Part shown: one piece after another, positions 51,365-63,369 of the stretch | Layout: each line of letters opens with the position of its first letter | Position numbering within the stretch: the first letter of the stretch is position 1 | NCBI RefSeq assembly: GCF_963921235.1 | Contig: NC_086108.1 | Span: 87,608,001-87,672,000 of the forward strand | Reading direction: 5' to 3' | Length of the DNA stretch: 64,000 bases | Source: Mobula hypostoma | Taxonomy: Eukaryota | Notes under the pieces: model-generated | Told to the model about the DNA's origin: nothing | What the model saw: the letters and a program-made list of their open reading frames with translations, nothing else | Databases searched by the model: none | Translations under genes and position numbers: made by a program

Positions 51365-52585
51365 ATGAGTACCAACCAGTGTCTCTGACATCTACCATTC
51401 TGAAGTGTTTCAAGAGGCTAGATGTGCCATATATAAACTCCACCCTTCCAGACAACTTTGTAATTCAACCTATTGCCAAAACAGGTCTATGGCAGATGCC
51501 ATCTCCCTCACTCTACGGCCAGTTCTAGAGCATGTGGACACTGATTACTTTTTACTGATTACAACTCCACCTTCAATACTGTAATTCCAAGCAAACTCAC
51601 CTCTTAACTCCTGGGACTCAATACCTCCAATTGCAAATGGATCATTGACTTCATGACCAAGAGACTGCAATCAGTACACTCATGACTGCCTGGCCAAATC
51701 TGCTCCAGCTCCATTTACAAGATACAGATGATACCACCACAGCGGACTAGATCTCAAACAATGATTTATTAGAGCATAGGACGGAGACAGAAAGCCTAGT
51801 GGTATGATGTCATGACCTAAACATTTCCCTCGACGTTAGCAACACAAAAGAGCTACTCATTGACTTCAGGAATAGGGAGGTGTGCATGCTCCTCCTTACA
51901 TCAACAGTACTGATGCTGAGAGCTTCAAGTTTCTTGAAATAACCATCACCAGCAGCCTGTTCTGATCCAACCACATTGATGCCACAGCCTAGAAAGCTCA
52001 TCAAGAGCTCTATTTTTTCAAGTGTCTAAAGAAATTTGACATGTCCCCATTTACCCTTACCAATTTTTAATTGGTGCACTATAGAAAGCATCCTATTCAA
52101 TTGCATCATGGCTTGGTACTCTGCCTATGGTTTCGGCACACAGAAACCAGCCTCCCCTCCATGGACTCTTGTCTATACTTCTCACTGCCTCAGTGAAGCA
52201 GCCACCATAATCAAAGAGCCCACCCACCCCCGGACATTCTCTTCTCTCCTCTCTCCTGTCAGGCAAAAGATACAAAAGACTGAAAGCACGTGACACCAAG
52301 CTCAAGGACAGTTTCTGTCCTGCTGTTATATGATTACTGAATGGCTCCCTAATATTAGATGCACTCTCAACCTCACAATCTAACTCGTTGTGACCTTGCA
52401 CCTTACTGTCTCCCTGCACTGCACTTCCTCTGTAACTGTACCACTTCATTCTGTACTCCGTTATACCTCACACTTCCTCAATGTACAGCTGTAATGAATT
52501 GATCTGTATAAATGGTAGTCAAGACAAGTTTTTCCCCCTGAACCCCAGTACATGTGACAATAACAAACCAATTTATCAATCCATC
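51365..52585 (+). mobile_element. Rex-Babar-type LINE, degenerate RT and 3' end
   Basis: PVSLTSTILKCFKRL, F.DYNSTFNTVIP, YADDT-like and CTIESIL..CIMAWY motifs; (caat)-type tail. Confidence 0.8.
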
Positions 52586-52742
52586 AATCCATTATCCTAA
52601 GATGGACGTAAAGCAAGTTAATAAGAAGTATCACTGTCTGTAATAGCATCAATATTTACCGTCATCTTCCACTACGCGCAGGCTGTAATGAAACAAAATA
52701 TTTGTGGTTTAAAAGAAAGGGTGTCAGAAAAACGTTTCTCAC

Positions 52743-52817
52743 CTAAAAGATCTGAATCCAAGCTGCCCTGACTGGAGACCACACTCTGTACTCTGCTTGG
52801 TCTGTGCTTGCAATAAC
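52743..52817 (-). CDS. SZT2: SZT2 exon (75 nt, 1-1) GYCKHRPSRVQSVVSSQGSLDSDLLG
   Basis: ctcatag acceptor, TAG|gtgaga donor; resembles human SSQGSVDSDHLG. Confidence 0.9.
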   Translation of the reverse strand, partial: VIASTDQAEYRVWSPVRAAWIQIF

Positions 52818-53186
52818 CTATGAGTAGAGATAAAATACAGGGTCAAGGATTCTATAAAGGGAAAAGTAAACAAAATTTGGAAGAGCAGAAGTCAGTGAAA
52901 GAGAAAAATAAAGAATAATTCCACATCATGTTTGCCTCTGGCTGACAGTTCATAAATATAATAGCTCACAAATTCCCAAAACTCTCTCAGCAAAGAGCAG
53001 AAGTTCAAGTGACAGACCGCTCTTGCTAGCTGGGGATGGAGAACAATAATATCAACCATACAAGAAATAGCAATTATCCACTAGAATAAAAGGGACTGCA
53101 GCATATCCTGAAAATTAGTACGTGACATTTATCTGATACAACGCTGGATTATGAAAAAATTGTTTATATATTACTTAACCAAGGTA

Positions 53187-54820
53187 CAGTGGCATGCAAA
53201 TGTTTGGGCACCGTGAAATTCACAGAAATTCACAGTAATATTTCTGTTACTGTGAATAGTTGAGTAGAAGATGAACTGATCTCCAAAAGTCATAAAGTTA
53301 AAGATGAAACATTCTCTTCAACATTTTAAGCAAAATTAGTGTATTATTTTTGTTTTGTACAATTTTAGAGTGAAAAAAAATGAAAGGAGCACCATGGAAA
53401 AGTTTGGGCACCCCAAGAGATTTGAACTCTCAGATAACTTTTACCAAGGTCTCATACCTTAATTAGCTTGTTAGGGCTATGGCTTGTTCACAGTCATTGT
53501 TAGGAATGGCCAGGTGATGCAAATTTCAAAGCTTTATAAATACCCTGGCTCCTCAAACCTTGTCCCAACAATCAGCAGCCATGGGCACTTCTAAGCAGCT
53601 GCCTAGCACTCTGAAAATTAAAATAAATGATGCCCACAAAGCAGGAGAAGGCTATAAGAAGATAGTAAAGCGTTTCAGGCAACCGTTTCCTCAGTTCGTA
53701 ATGTAATTAAGCAATGGCAGTTAACAGGAACGGTGGAGGTCAAGTTGAGATCTGGAAGAGCAAGAAAACTTTCTGAGAGAACTGCTCATAGGATTGTTAG
53801 AAAAGCAAATCAAAACCCCATTTGACTGCAAAAGACCTTCAGGAAGATTTAGCAGACTCTGGAGTGGTGCTGCACTGTTCTACTGTGCAGGGACACCTGC
53901 ACAAATATGACCTTCATGGAAGAATCATCAGAAGAAAACCCTTCCTGCGTCCTCACCACAAAATTCAGCGTCAGAACTTTGCAAAGGAACATCTAAACAA
54001 GCCTGATGCATTTTGGAAACAAGTCCTGTGGACTGATGAAGTTAAAATAGAACTTTTTGGCCGCAATGAACAAAGGTATGTTTGGTGAAAAAAGGGTGCA
54101 GAATTTCATGAAAAGAACACCTCTCCAACTGTAAAGCACAGGGTTGGATCGATCATGCTTTGGACTTGTGTTGCAGCCAGTGGCACAGGGAACATTTCAC
54201 TGGTAGAGGGAAGAATGAATTCAATTAAATACCAGCAAATTCTGGAAGCAAACATCACACCGTCTGTAAAAAAGCTGAAGATGAAAAGAGGATGGCTTCT
54301 ACAACAGGATAATGATCCTAAACACACCTTAAAGTCCACAATGGACTACCTCAAGAGGCGCAAGCTGAAGGTTTTGCCATGGCCCTCACAGTCTCCCGAC
54401 CTAAACATCATCGAAAATCTGTGGATAGACCTTAAAAGAGCAGTGCATGCAAAACAGCCCAAGAATCTCGCAGAACTAAAAGACTTTTGCAAGGAAGAAT
54501 GGGCGAAAATCCCCCAAACAAGAATTGAAAGACTCTTAGCTGGCTACAGAGAGCATTTATAAGCTGTGATACTTGCCAAAGGGGGTGTTACTAAGTACTG
54601 ACCATGCAGGGTGCCCAAACTTTTGCTTCGGGCCCTTTTCCTTTTTTGTTATTTTGAAACTGTAAAAGATGGAAATAAAAAAGTAATCTTGCTTAAGATA
54701 TTCAAGAAATGTGTCATCTTCAACTTTATGCCTTTTGGAAATCAGTTCATCTTTTACTCGCTTAGCTATTAACAGTAACAGAAATTTTGACCAGGGTGCC
54801 CAAACTCTTGCATGCCACTG
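53187..54820 (+). mobile_element. Complete Tc1 transposon (IR/DR type), 1634 bp, TA TSD
   Basis: TA|CAGTGGCATGCAAATGTTTGGGCACC ... GGTGCCCAAACTCTTGCATGCCACTG|TA; ~220-bp TIRs with inner repeats near 53398 and 54609. Confidence 0.95.
53581..54601 (+). pseudogene. Tc1 DD34E transposase, inactivated by frameshifts and stops
   Basis: MGTSKQL...GEGYKKI; VLWTDEVKIELFG; QQDNDPKH...WPSQSPDLNIIENLW (34 residues between D and E); premature stops at 54086 and 54560. Confidence 0.92.
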
Positions 54821-54936
54821 TACATGTCCAGCAAACACATTTCTCCATTTTAAGAAAAAAAAAAGTCATTTTAATGTAACACACTGTAAAGTTTCACTGC
54901 TAATGCAATGGTTTCTCTGTAATGTTCCACTGCTAA

Positions 54937-55433
54937 GGTAACAGTTTCTCTGTAGCAGCAATGTTTGGGTTATGACTAGAGATAATGGGGCATGTTAGCC
55001 AATGAGCAGGATGTTGTTCTTTCTTGTGTGTCTGGGAGCTGGGAATTTGTGGTCTTTTGTCGGGGAGAGATGAGGAGAGAAGACGTGAATGGAGAGACTT
55101 GGTAGACCACCTGACTGAGTGGACTTGGAGCGAGGGTCCGAAGGTCAGCGACGATCGGAGGAGGTCGATGGTGGATGAACGGCTTATCAGTGAGCTTATC
55201 ATTACGCATTAGACTGTTTCATGAGAATGGGCTCTTTTCTTTTGTTGTTTTCTTTACTAACCATATAGTCAAATTAAGAATTATAAAGCTCAATCGTTTA
55301 ATTGCACATTATGTACTGATTTATAACAAGGGACACATCGTACAGCATCCACCCAAATGAGATTTCTTAAGTTTGGCTGGGCCGGGGGTCTATCATCCTC
55401 TATATTAAGCCGCTGGCCAAAGTGAGAGTTACA
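54937..55433. mobile_element. Probable solo LTR (gypsy-like)
   Basis: Termini (g)GTAAC...GTTACA, ~500 bp, flanks CTAA/TTAA as an imperfect 4-bp TSD. Confidence 0.6.
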
Positions 55434-55624
55434 TTAAAATAAACACTGCCTCCTGAATTCCCACCTTCAAAGCCTTGCACAACATCGTTACTTAATTTTG
55501 CCAGATAATGGATATCTACTACTTAAATACTCAAGAGCCAATGGAAAATCAATGAAAATGTGCTTAAGTGTTTTTGTGACATTAGTGCCAAATCCCATAA
55601 AACTCACAGATAACAGAGTTAAGA

Positions 55625-55982
55625 GTTATAGAGCACAGAAACAAGCTCTTAGGCTACATTGATCCACACTGACCAAGATGTCTACCTGAGCTGGTCACAT
55701 TTGCCCGCGTTTGTCCCGATCCCTTTAATCTTTCCTATCCATGTAGCTGTATCTCTGTTACATGCTGTAATTATACCCACCTCTACCACTTCCACTGGCA
55801 GCTTCTTCTATAGACCTACCACCCTCTGTGGAAAATTTGTCCCTCAGCTGCTCTTTAAATCTTTTTTTCTCATCTTAAATCTATGCCCTCTCATTTTAGA
55901 TTCCCCTAACCTGGAAAAAAACTGAGCCACTCATTGTTTTATATACCTCCATAAGTTCACCCTCGCCTCCTATGCTCCAGAA
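55625..55982 (-). mobile_element. CR1 LINE 3' end
   Basis: Reverse-complement CR1 terminus (acctaccaccctctgtggaaaa...cttaaatctatgccctct). Confidence 0.7.
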
Positions 55983-55984
55983 TA

Positions 55985-56400
55985 CGAGCTCAGGTCGACT
56001 GATAATGGAAATACAGACACTCAGTGGGTGGCGGGGTGGAGATACGTCTGAACCAAAGGAGGTGTAAGGCACTCCTTCCCTCCCTTAACCTGAAGGCCAC
56101 CCTTGGGTAAGGTGTAGCACCTGCTTAGACCCCAGATCATGGTCACTTGAAGCCATGGAAGCAGATGGTGGATAATTGTACGAACAGCTAGTGCATATTG
56201 CAAGTCCTGGTTATGCGACCACTGAGGCCAGGCAGACGATCTCTGAAGAGCATTGATAATGGCTGGGGTAATCTATCTTGTAAAGATACTGCCCAGAAGA
56301 AGGCAATGGCAAACCACTTCTGTAGAAAACTTTGCCAAGAACAATCATGGACTATGATTGTCCATGTCATACGAGACAGTACATAATGATGCTCATGATG
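55985..56400 (+). mobile_element. RTE/BovB-like non-autonomous element
   Basis: gaagaaggcaatggcaaaccacttct...ttgccaagaa resembles the Bov-A/RTE SINE motif; (gat)n-like tail. Confidence 0.45.
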
Positions 56401-56469
56401 AGACATTCAAGCTTCCTCTTCCATGTGTCACTAATAACAAGCCTTTTCCTCAATAGATCCCTCCGTCAA

Positions 56470-56990
56470 GAGACCTCATCAACTTCCTCAGAATGAAATT
56501 TGGCATCTCCCTGTCAACCCTTGCCGATTTTTATCAATGCACCTTTCTGGAGGCATAATGGCTTGGTACAGCAGACAGCTGCAACACAGCCTAACACTTC
56601 ACAGAAACCAGTCTCCCCTCCGTGGACTCTGTCTACTTCTCACTACCTTAGTGAAGCAGCTAGCATAATCAAAGACCCCCACACATCCTGATCATTCTCT
56701 CTTCTCCTCTTTCATTGGGCAGAAGATACAAAAGCCTGCAAGCACATGACACCAGGCTTAAAGACAGATTCTACCCTGTTATTGTAAGACTATTAAGTAG
56801 TTCCCTAGTACAATAAAATTGTCTCTTGACTTCACATTCTACCTTGTTATGATCTTACTCTCTATTATTTACCTGCACTGCACTTTCTTTGCAGCTGTAG
56901 TACTTTATATTGCACTGTGTAATAGTATGCAAGACAAGATTTTCACTATATCTTGGTACATGTGACAATAAAAGACTAATGCCAAATCTA
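56470..56990 (+). mobile_element. Rex-Babar-type LINE 3' fragment
   Basis: Homologous to 52000-52585 (SEAASIIKDP; tacatgtgacaataa end). Confidence 0.75.
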
Positions 56991-57111
56991 GGTGTTCATC
57001 TCATTGACTGAGGGTAAGTCAACTCAATCTGTAACAGCCTCCATTGCAACAACACTCTTATATTATGCCTACCAAGTTTATCCAATGAGCTCGGTGAAAA
57101 GAATGACATAC

Positions 57112-57421
57112 CTGCATTACCAGGTATTATGGACTGCACAGACTCAGCGAGATTCACAGCAGAAGACGCCTGCGATGGTGGATTTGAGACATGAATTTTC
57201 TCAGGCACTGGGCTTGACTGTAGGAGGGGCATGCTGCTGAGGATTCCCTCAGGTTTGATCGCTGTAAATGCTTGATCCTGTTGGTCAGGTTGTGTGAAAG
57301 AGAAACAGGCTTTTCCATCCATGTTTTCCTCCGGTAGTTCAGATGATGCGAGACATGCTCCATCAGTTGCTGTTGGTATCACTGTTCTCTCAGCTATTGG
57401 TTTGCTTTCCTCTACTAAGAT
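57112..57421 (-). CDS. SZT2: SZT2 exon (310 nt, 0-1), divergent Ser/Pro-rich segment ILVEESKPIAERT...SIIPGNAG
   Basis: cttttacag acceptor, CAG|gtatgt donor, open frame (ORF 56996..57520); supplies the phase 0-to-1 change needed between the flanking exons; no recognisable homology. Confidence 0.72.
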
Positions 57422-57722
57422 CTGTAAAAGAGACCACACGGCAAGAACCATGATTAATCCAATGTACCACTCATTAGCAAATGAAACTGACAGAATTGAA
57501 AGGATCATCATGCCCATCAAACTTGCCCTGTACAGTTATGGTTCAACTACACATCATAAAACCTTTTACCCAGCAGCAGCCATCTAAATATGCTAGAACA
57601 ATCAAAAATATAGAGGAAACGGAAGTATCCCCGGCCATTTTAGGGATAAGGAATCCAGAAAGTTCCTCCCCAACTCTCAGTGACAGCCAAAGTGAGTCCC
57701 AGAAGAACAATGATCGTGAGAT

Positions 57723-57940
57723 CACTTGGCTTCACCTATCACTTCCCAGCTAGCCTCTTTCCCTTCCCCCCACCTTTTTATCCAGGCACCATCCCCCTCC
57801 TTCACAGTCCTGATGAAAGGTCTTAGCCCAAAACGACAACTATCTATTGATTTCCATAGATGCTGCCTGACCTGCTGAGTTCATCTAGGATTTTGTGTGT
57901 GTTGCTTTGGATTTCCAGCATCTGCAGACTTTCTCATGTT
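57723..57940 (+). mobile_element. Penelope pLTR fragment with tail and degenerate hammerhead
   Basis: agtcctgatgaaaggtcttagcccaaaacgac...ccagcatctgcag; flanked by aatgatcgtgagat / aatgaccatgagat. Confidence 0.7.
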
Positions 57941-58308
57941 AATGACCATGAGATTTCTTATTTCAATATACCAAAAAAGGGGAATTTGGATAACATCTGC
58001 TACTCATCCATAACTATTTTGAAAGTTTATAGTAAACTCATACTGGCTAAAACCATAACCCTTTTCCCAAATTTTGCCTACTCACTCCAGAAAAAAAACT
58101 GCTGAAATTTACCATTTGGCAAAGTATAGACTTACAAGGATAATCAGCACAGCTTTGTGCAAGGGAGGTTATGTATTACGAACTTGATCAAGTTTTTTTT
58201 AAGGCAGTGAGAAAGATTGATGATGGACTTTTACTAAATTTGACAAAGAAATCAGAGAGTTGACTTGGTGGAGTGTAGTATATCACAAACAACAAAGATC
58301 TCAGTACT

Positions 58309-59381
58309 ATACATCAAAGTTGCTGGTGAACGCAGCAGGCCAAGCAGCATCTATAGGAAGAGGCGCAGTCGACGTTTCAGGCCGAGACCCTTCGTCAGGA
58401 CTAACTGAAGGAAGAGTGAGTAAGGGATTTGAAAGCTGGAGGGGGAGGGGGAGATGCAAAATGATAGGAGAAGACAGGAGGGGGAGGGATAGAGCCGAGA
58501 GCTGGACAGGTGATAGGCAAAAGGGGATACGAGAGGATCATGGGACAGGAGGTCCAGGAAGAAAGACAGGCGGGGGGGGGGGTGACCCAGAGGATGGGCA
58601 AGAGGTATATTCAGAGGGACAGAGGGAGAAAAAGGAGAGTGAGAGAAAGAATGTGTGCATAAAAATGAGTAACAGATGGGGTACGAGGGGGAGGTGGGGC
58701 ATTAGCGGAAGTTAGAGAAGTCAATGTTCATGCCATCAGGTTGGAGGCTACCCAGACAGAATATAAGGTGTTGTTCCTCCAACCCGAGTGTGGCTTCATC
58801 TTTACAGTAGAGGAGGCCGTGGATAGACATGTCAGAATGGGAATGGGATGTGGAATTAAAATGTGTGGGCCACTAGGAGATCCTGCTTTCTCTGGCGGAC
58901 AGAGCGTAGATGTTCAGCAAAGCGGTCCCCCAGTCTGCGTCGGGTCTCACCAATATATAAAAGGCCACATCGGGAGCACCGGACACAGTATATCACCCCA
59001 GTCGACTCACAGGTGAAGTGATGCCTCACCTGGAAGGACTGTTTGGGGCCCTGAATGGTGGTAAGGGAGGAAGTGTAAGGGCATGTGTAGCACTTGTTCC
59101 GCTTACACGGATAAGTGCCAGGAGGGAGATCAGTGGGGAGGGATGGGGGGGACGAATGGACAAGGGAGTTGTGTAGGGAGCGATCCCTGCGGAATGCAGA
59201 GAGAGGGGAGGAGGGAAAGATGTGCTTAGTGGTGGGATCCCGTTGGAGGTGGCGGAAGTTACGGAGAATAATATGTTGGACCCGGAGGCTGGTGGGGTGG
59301 TAGGTGAGGACCAGGGGAACCCTATTCCTAGTGGGGTGGTGGGAGGATGGAGTGAGAGCAGATGTACGTGAAATGGGGGAG
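58309..59381 (-). mobile_element. 5'-truncated Penelope-like element (pLTR + GIY-YIG + linker), 13-bp TSD
   Basis: TSD AGATCTCAGTACT at 58296-58308 and 59382-59394; close homologue of 33093-34180. Confidence 0.93.
58367..58402 (-). ncRNA. Minimal hammerhead ribozyme motif
   Basis: AGTC-CTGACGA-AGGGTCTCGGCCT-GAAA-CGTC^GACT on minus. Confidence 0.8.
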
Positions 59382-60314
59382 AGATCTCAGTACTGATCAC
59401 TGCAAAATAGTGTTGGTATCTTTACTGTTTGCAATATGAATGATTTTGATGAAAATATAGTTGAACTGATTGACAAGTTTGAAGACAACACAAAAATTGG
59501 AGTTGTGGGTAATGAGCAAAGTTATCAAAGATTCAGCATAATAGAGATCAGCTGGGAATATAGTCAGAGAAATAGTAGATAGAATTTAATTTGAGAGGTC
59601 AAATATCAGATGAAATTATAGAATAAATGGCAAGAACCCTCAGAAGCACTGATGGCCAAAACTCACTGAAAGTGGCAAAATAAGTGGTTAGGATGGTAAA
59701 GAAGGCATATGGCAAATTTGTCTTCACCAGTTGGGACACAGAGTATGAAAGCTGGCACATCAAGCTGTAGCTGTATAAAAACTTTGGTTAGGTCGCATAG
59801 CGTGTGCTATCCTGGTCATTACATTGCAGCAAGAATGTGAAACCTTTGGAGAGGCTGCAAAAGAGGTTCACCAGGATGTTATTTGGATTAATAGATTATC
59901 TATAAGGAGAGCTTGAACAAACTTGGGATTGTTTTCTCTGGAACGCTGGAGGTTGAAGGGTGACCTGATACAAGTACATAAAATTATGAGAGGCATAGAT
60001 AGGGTGGATGATCAGTCTTTTACACAGGGTAGAAATATAAAATACTGGAGGTACTGGAGTTGAAAAGTGAGAGGGGGAAGTTCATTTATGAGGCAAGTTT
60101 TGTATTATTTACACAGTGAGTGGTTGGTGCATCAAATGCTTGTCATGAGAGGTGGTGGGAAGAGATTTGACAGCAGCATTTAAGAGGCATTTTGACAGGT
60201 ATATGAACAAACAGGAATGGAAGGAATTCGTCCATCTCTGGTCATATGGGACTAGTTTATCTTGTCTTTGTGTTTAGCATAGATATAGTAGGCCATAGGG
60301 TCGGCTCCTGTGTT

Positions 60315-61050
60315 GTATTCTTCTGTGGTTGGGTTGAGATGGAATTGTTCTCTGATCTTAGCAATCCATTTGCAAACGTTTCATTACCATATAAGGGGGC
60401 AACTTCAGTGCGCTGTTCACTTGTGGTGTGTCCTCTGAATGCTTGGCCTTTATATACTTATCAATCCGCTGATAGGTTGTCATTAGTGAAACACAATTGT
60501 GATGTAGGAAGGGGGTCTCATCACTGATTGGTTACATGGTGAACTCTGTGCGTTGTCTGGAATTTTGCCCACATTGGATTATAAATGGGATCAAGGTCTA
60601 CATGTCTGTTTATGGAATTGTTTATGGAATTGTTTGTGGAAAACTACGATTCTAGGAATTCTCTTGCACACTGCCATGACTTTCAGTGATGCCCAGTTGA
60701 ATGTGTGCCCCTCTCAAACTTCACGGGTCGAGACTAGGGAAAGTTGATCATGCCGCTTAACAGCCAGTTGATGTTCATGGATCCTTGTGGATAGTTTTCT
60801 CCCTGTTTGGCCGACGTTAATATTTGCTGCAGTCCCCATGTTGGATTTTACAGACCACGTTGGTCTTGTCTAATAGCTTAGTTTGTTCGTTAGGTCTGCA
60901 GAGTACTTTCTTCAACGTTGCTTGACCGAAATTCTACGTTCTTGGGGTAGTCGGGCTGCCATTCCGAAATATTTCAAACATATGGAAGGACAACTCATTT
61001 GTTCTATGTTGTAGTCTTGAAATATTCTTGCATACCAGCCACAAATCCCT
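60315..61050 (-). mobile_element. Second Penelope lineage (Poseidon-type) 3' fragment with a GIY-YIG remnant
   Basis: Minus-strand VVLPYV.NISE, VGQTGRKLSTRIHEHQLAVKRHDQLSLVS...EGHTFNW, REFLES.FSTNNSINKHVDLDPIY; degenerate hammerhead GCA-CTGAAGT...GAAA-CGTT-TGC at 60372-60411. Confidence 0.8.
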
Positions 61051-61362
61051 GATTATCACTAATATACATTATCACCTTAGACACAACTCTGACACTATAC
61101 ACTGTGCACTATGAAAGCAAATTGAAAATGAGCTTTAAATAAAGAACTTTTTTTAAAGCTGGAAACATGCTGTTCATTTCATTCCCAAAACATTACAATT
61201 ATATCTGAAATCTAATCAAGCATGAATGTAATTACTACAGCAGCTACAAAACTTCATCGCTAGTTCACTTCTACAGTGACCAAAGTATACATAAAAGTAT
61301 TATTGATGATCATTATTTTGATAAACTAAACTCTCAACCAGGGAAACCATCTCAAATATTAC

Positions 61363-61662
61363 CTGTGACTTCTCTTCAGTCTTCTCTCCCTCAATCACAG
61401 ATGACGCTCTGGCTACTTCCATTTGTTTAGTCCACCCTTCCTGGGGTTGATGGCAGATCAAGGCTACCTCGGCATCGGTACTCTCATCACATGTCATTGT
61501 CACAGCCGCGCACTCACTCTCTAGACTTTGCTGTTGGGGCTCTGGGGAAAGTTTCCGCCCGATGTCTACCCTCTGTGCACGCAGGCGGCTCACGGATAGA
61601 TAGTAAAAGTTGTTTGCTTCCTCATTGAGGAGGTATCCTGAAAGATTCATGCGCTTAAATTC
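61363..61662 (-). CDS. SZT2: SZT2 exon (300 nt, 0-0) EFKRMNLSGYLLNEE...EGEKTEEKSQ
   Basis: ttttcag acceptor, CAG|gtaata donor; continues KE|EFKR as in human KE|EFRR; lies in ORF 61300..61650. Confidence 0.88.
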
Positions 61663-62209
61663 CTGAAAATGAAAACACAGATAGAACAGTTAAAACAAAG
61701 GCATAATAAAGGTAAATGATCAAGTCCTGTCTGCCTATTTTCATCTCCTCTCGTACCATGTCCGATAATTAAGCTATTTACTCATATTATCTTGCTTCTA
61801 ATCCTGAAAATTTACAATAAATTGTGCTTTGAATACAAAAAATAATTTTAACTTTTTTTTAAACTGTTATTTTAATTAAGTTTTGTCCACACGCATTGGA
61901 ATTGTCTGTCCTTTTACTGTGTATTGCACAGAATATCGCATTACATAAGATTAATACAGAAATAATTGAATGGTAGTCAATAAAAATCAAGAAAGAAAGA
62001 TGGAATGAAGTCAAGTCTCTGGATAGATCTTGACAAGACAGGAATAGCAAGGATTTCTTCCTGCTTACTTCATTGTGATTGTGTAAAAGACTTGTAGTTG
62101 ATTTTATTTTAAATGGGGAAGATGAATTTCTGCATAGGAAAATTAAAATAAATGCAGGCAGTGTTTTAGTATGAATTTTGTTTTCATCAAGGAAGACTTC
62201 AATTGGAAG

Positions 62210-62525
62210 GGGTGACACTGTGGGCCAGTTATTGGAGTTAATGCTTCAAACTCCAGATCAGTCTGAACATCTTTTGCTGTCTCTATCACATTCTTACTAT
62301 GTCTAGTCTGCTTCCTCCTGGTGTTCCAGTTCACTCAGATATCTCAAAGATGTGCAGAATAGCAAGTAGGTTAACTGGTCACTTCAATGTAGGTTGGTGA
62401 TGAAATCTGGAAAGGACTTGATGAGAATGTGAGGAGAACAAAATGGAACTAGTGAAACTTAGTATTTGATGGACAGCATGAGCCTAATGGGTCAAAACAT
62501 CCATTTCTGTGCTGTATGACTTAAT
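62210..62525 (+). mobile_element. Degenerate V-SINE
   Basis: ttcctcctggtgttccagtt...ctcaaagatgtgcag...taggttaactggtcact V-domain and a CR1-like tail. Confidence 0.55.
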
Positions 62526-62834
62526 CACACTGTAACTGCCTGTTTGTTATTAATACAGGAGAATTTTCCTCATGGGCGATTTCAAGAGCTATTCTGAGGA
62601 AAAGTGTGCGTATAACAGCTAATTATTAACCAGATTTTTTTTAACTTATGGGTTTTAAAATTTCTGCTAACCCTAAGCTGTCTGAAAATGTGTAAGCCGT
62701 GTCTCAGTAACTCAATTTACTCTTTGGCCAGTGTGTATGTAGAACACTGGTCATATTTGAACTAGGTTTCTTTCGGTCAATTGTCTTCAAATTTAACAAA
62801 CTACTTGGCATCTTAGCCTAGCAATATTGCACAC

Positions 62835-63020
62835 CTCTTTGAATTTCTCCAGCGACTGCTCCGGACCAAAAACAAATTGTAAAGGAACAACTTCACTGTG
62901 ACATCGTGGCCTGCCCTTTGACCTGGACACATGATCCGACACTTTCTGTAGGATAGCTAAGGTAATGTTTGTTGAATGGCGCAGTGCTGAAACTATTTCA
63001 TCTTCCAGGAGCCAATGAAT
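62835..63020 (-). CDS. SZT2: SZT2 exon (186 nt, phase 0-0) IHWLLEDEIVSALRH...LQFVFGPEQSLEKFKE
   Basis: tttctttag acceptor, GAG|gtgtgc donor; resembles human IRWLLEDEMVGALR...FVFGPERSLTQFKE. Confidence 0.93.
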
Positions 63021-63369
63021 CTAAAGAAAAGATGGGATTTCAGAATAAGTAAGAAAACAATAAACAAATTTTATGAAATCCATGTACTTTATCTCTCAAG
63101 ACTATATAAATATTAAGCCAGAAAGCAATCTGTCACACTTTAATGAAAAAATGAAGTTGATACGTAACTGAAGTCATAAAATTCACAAATATATACTTCA
63201 AAATAGCTGGCTGGATACAGCAAAACTGATTTCATTTCTTAATAATTATAAAAATAAAACTTTCAGGGTAAACCTGGCTCCCTATGAAAAATTGTATTGG
63301 GAAATATGAAATAGCAGGAATAAACAAACAAATATTTCATTTCCATCTTCACAGCAGAAGAGAAAAAAT

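Larger units (their letters stand above)
58120..60310 (+). mobile_element. CR1 LINE (degenerate) interrupted by a Penelope insertion
   Basis: NQHSFVQGRLCITNLIKFF; LYK.LVR; LERLQKRFTRML; LFSLERWRLKGDLIQVHKIMRGIDRVD. Confidence 0.85.

Noticed and set aside
62143..62334. 63-aa minus ORF between the first two exons
   Set aside because: Overlaps the antisense of a degenerate V-SINE; the KFKE|EFKR junction needs no extra exon
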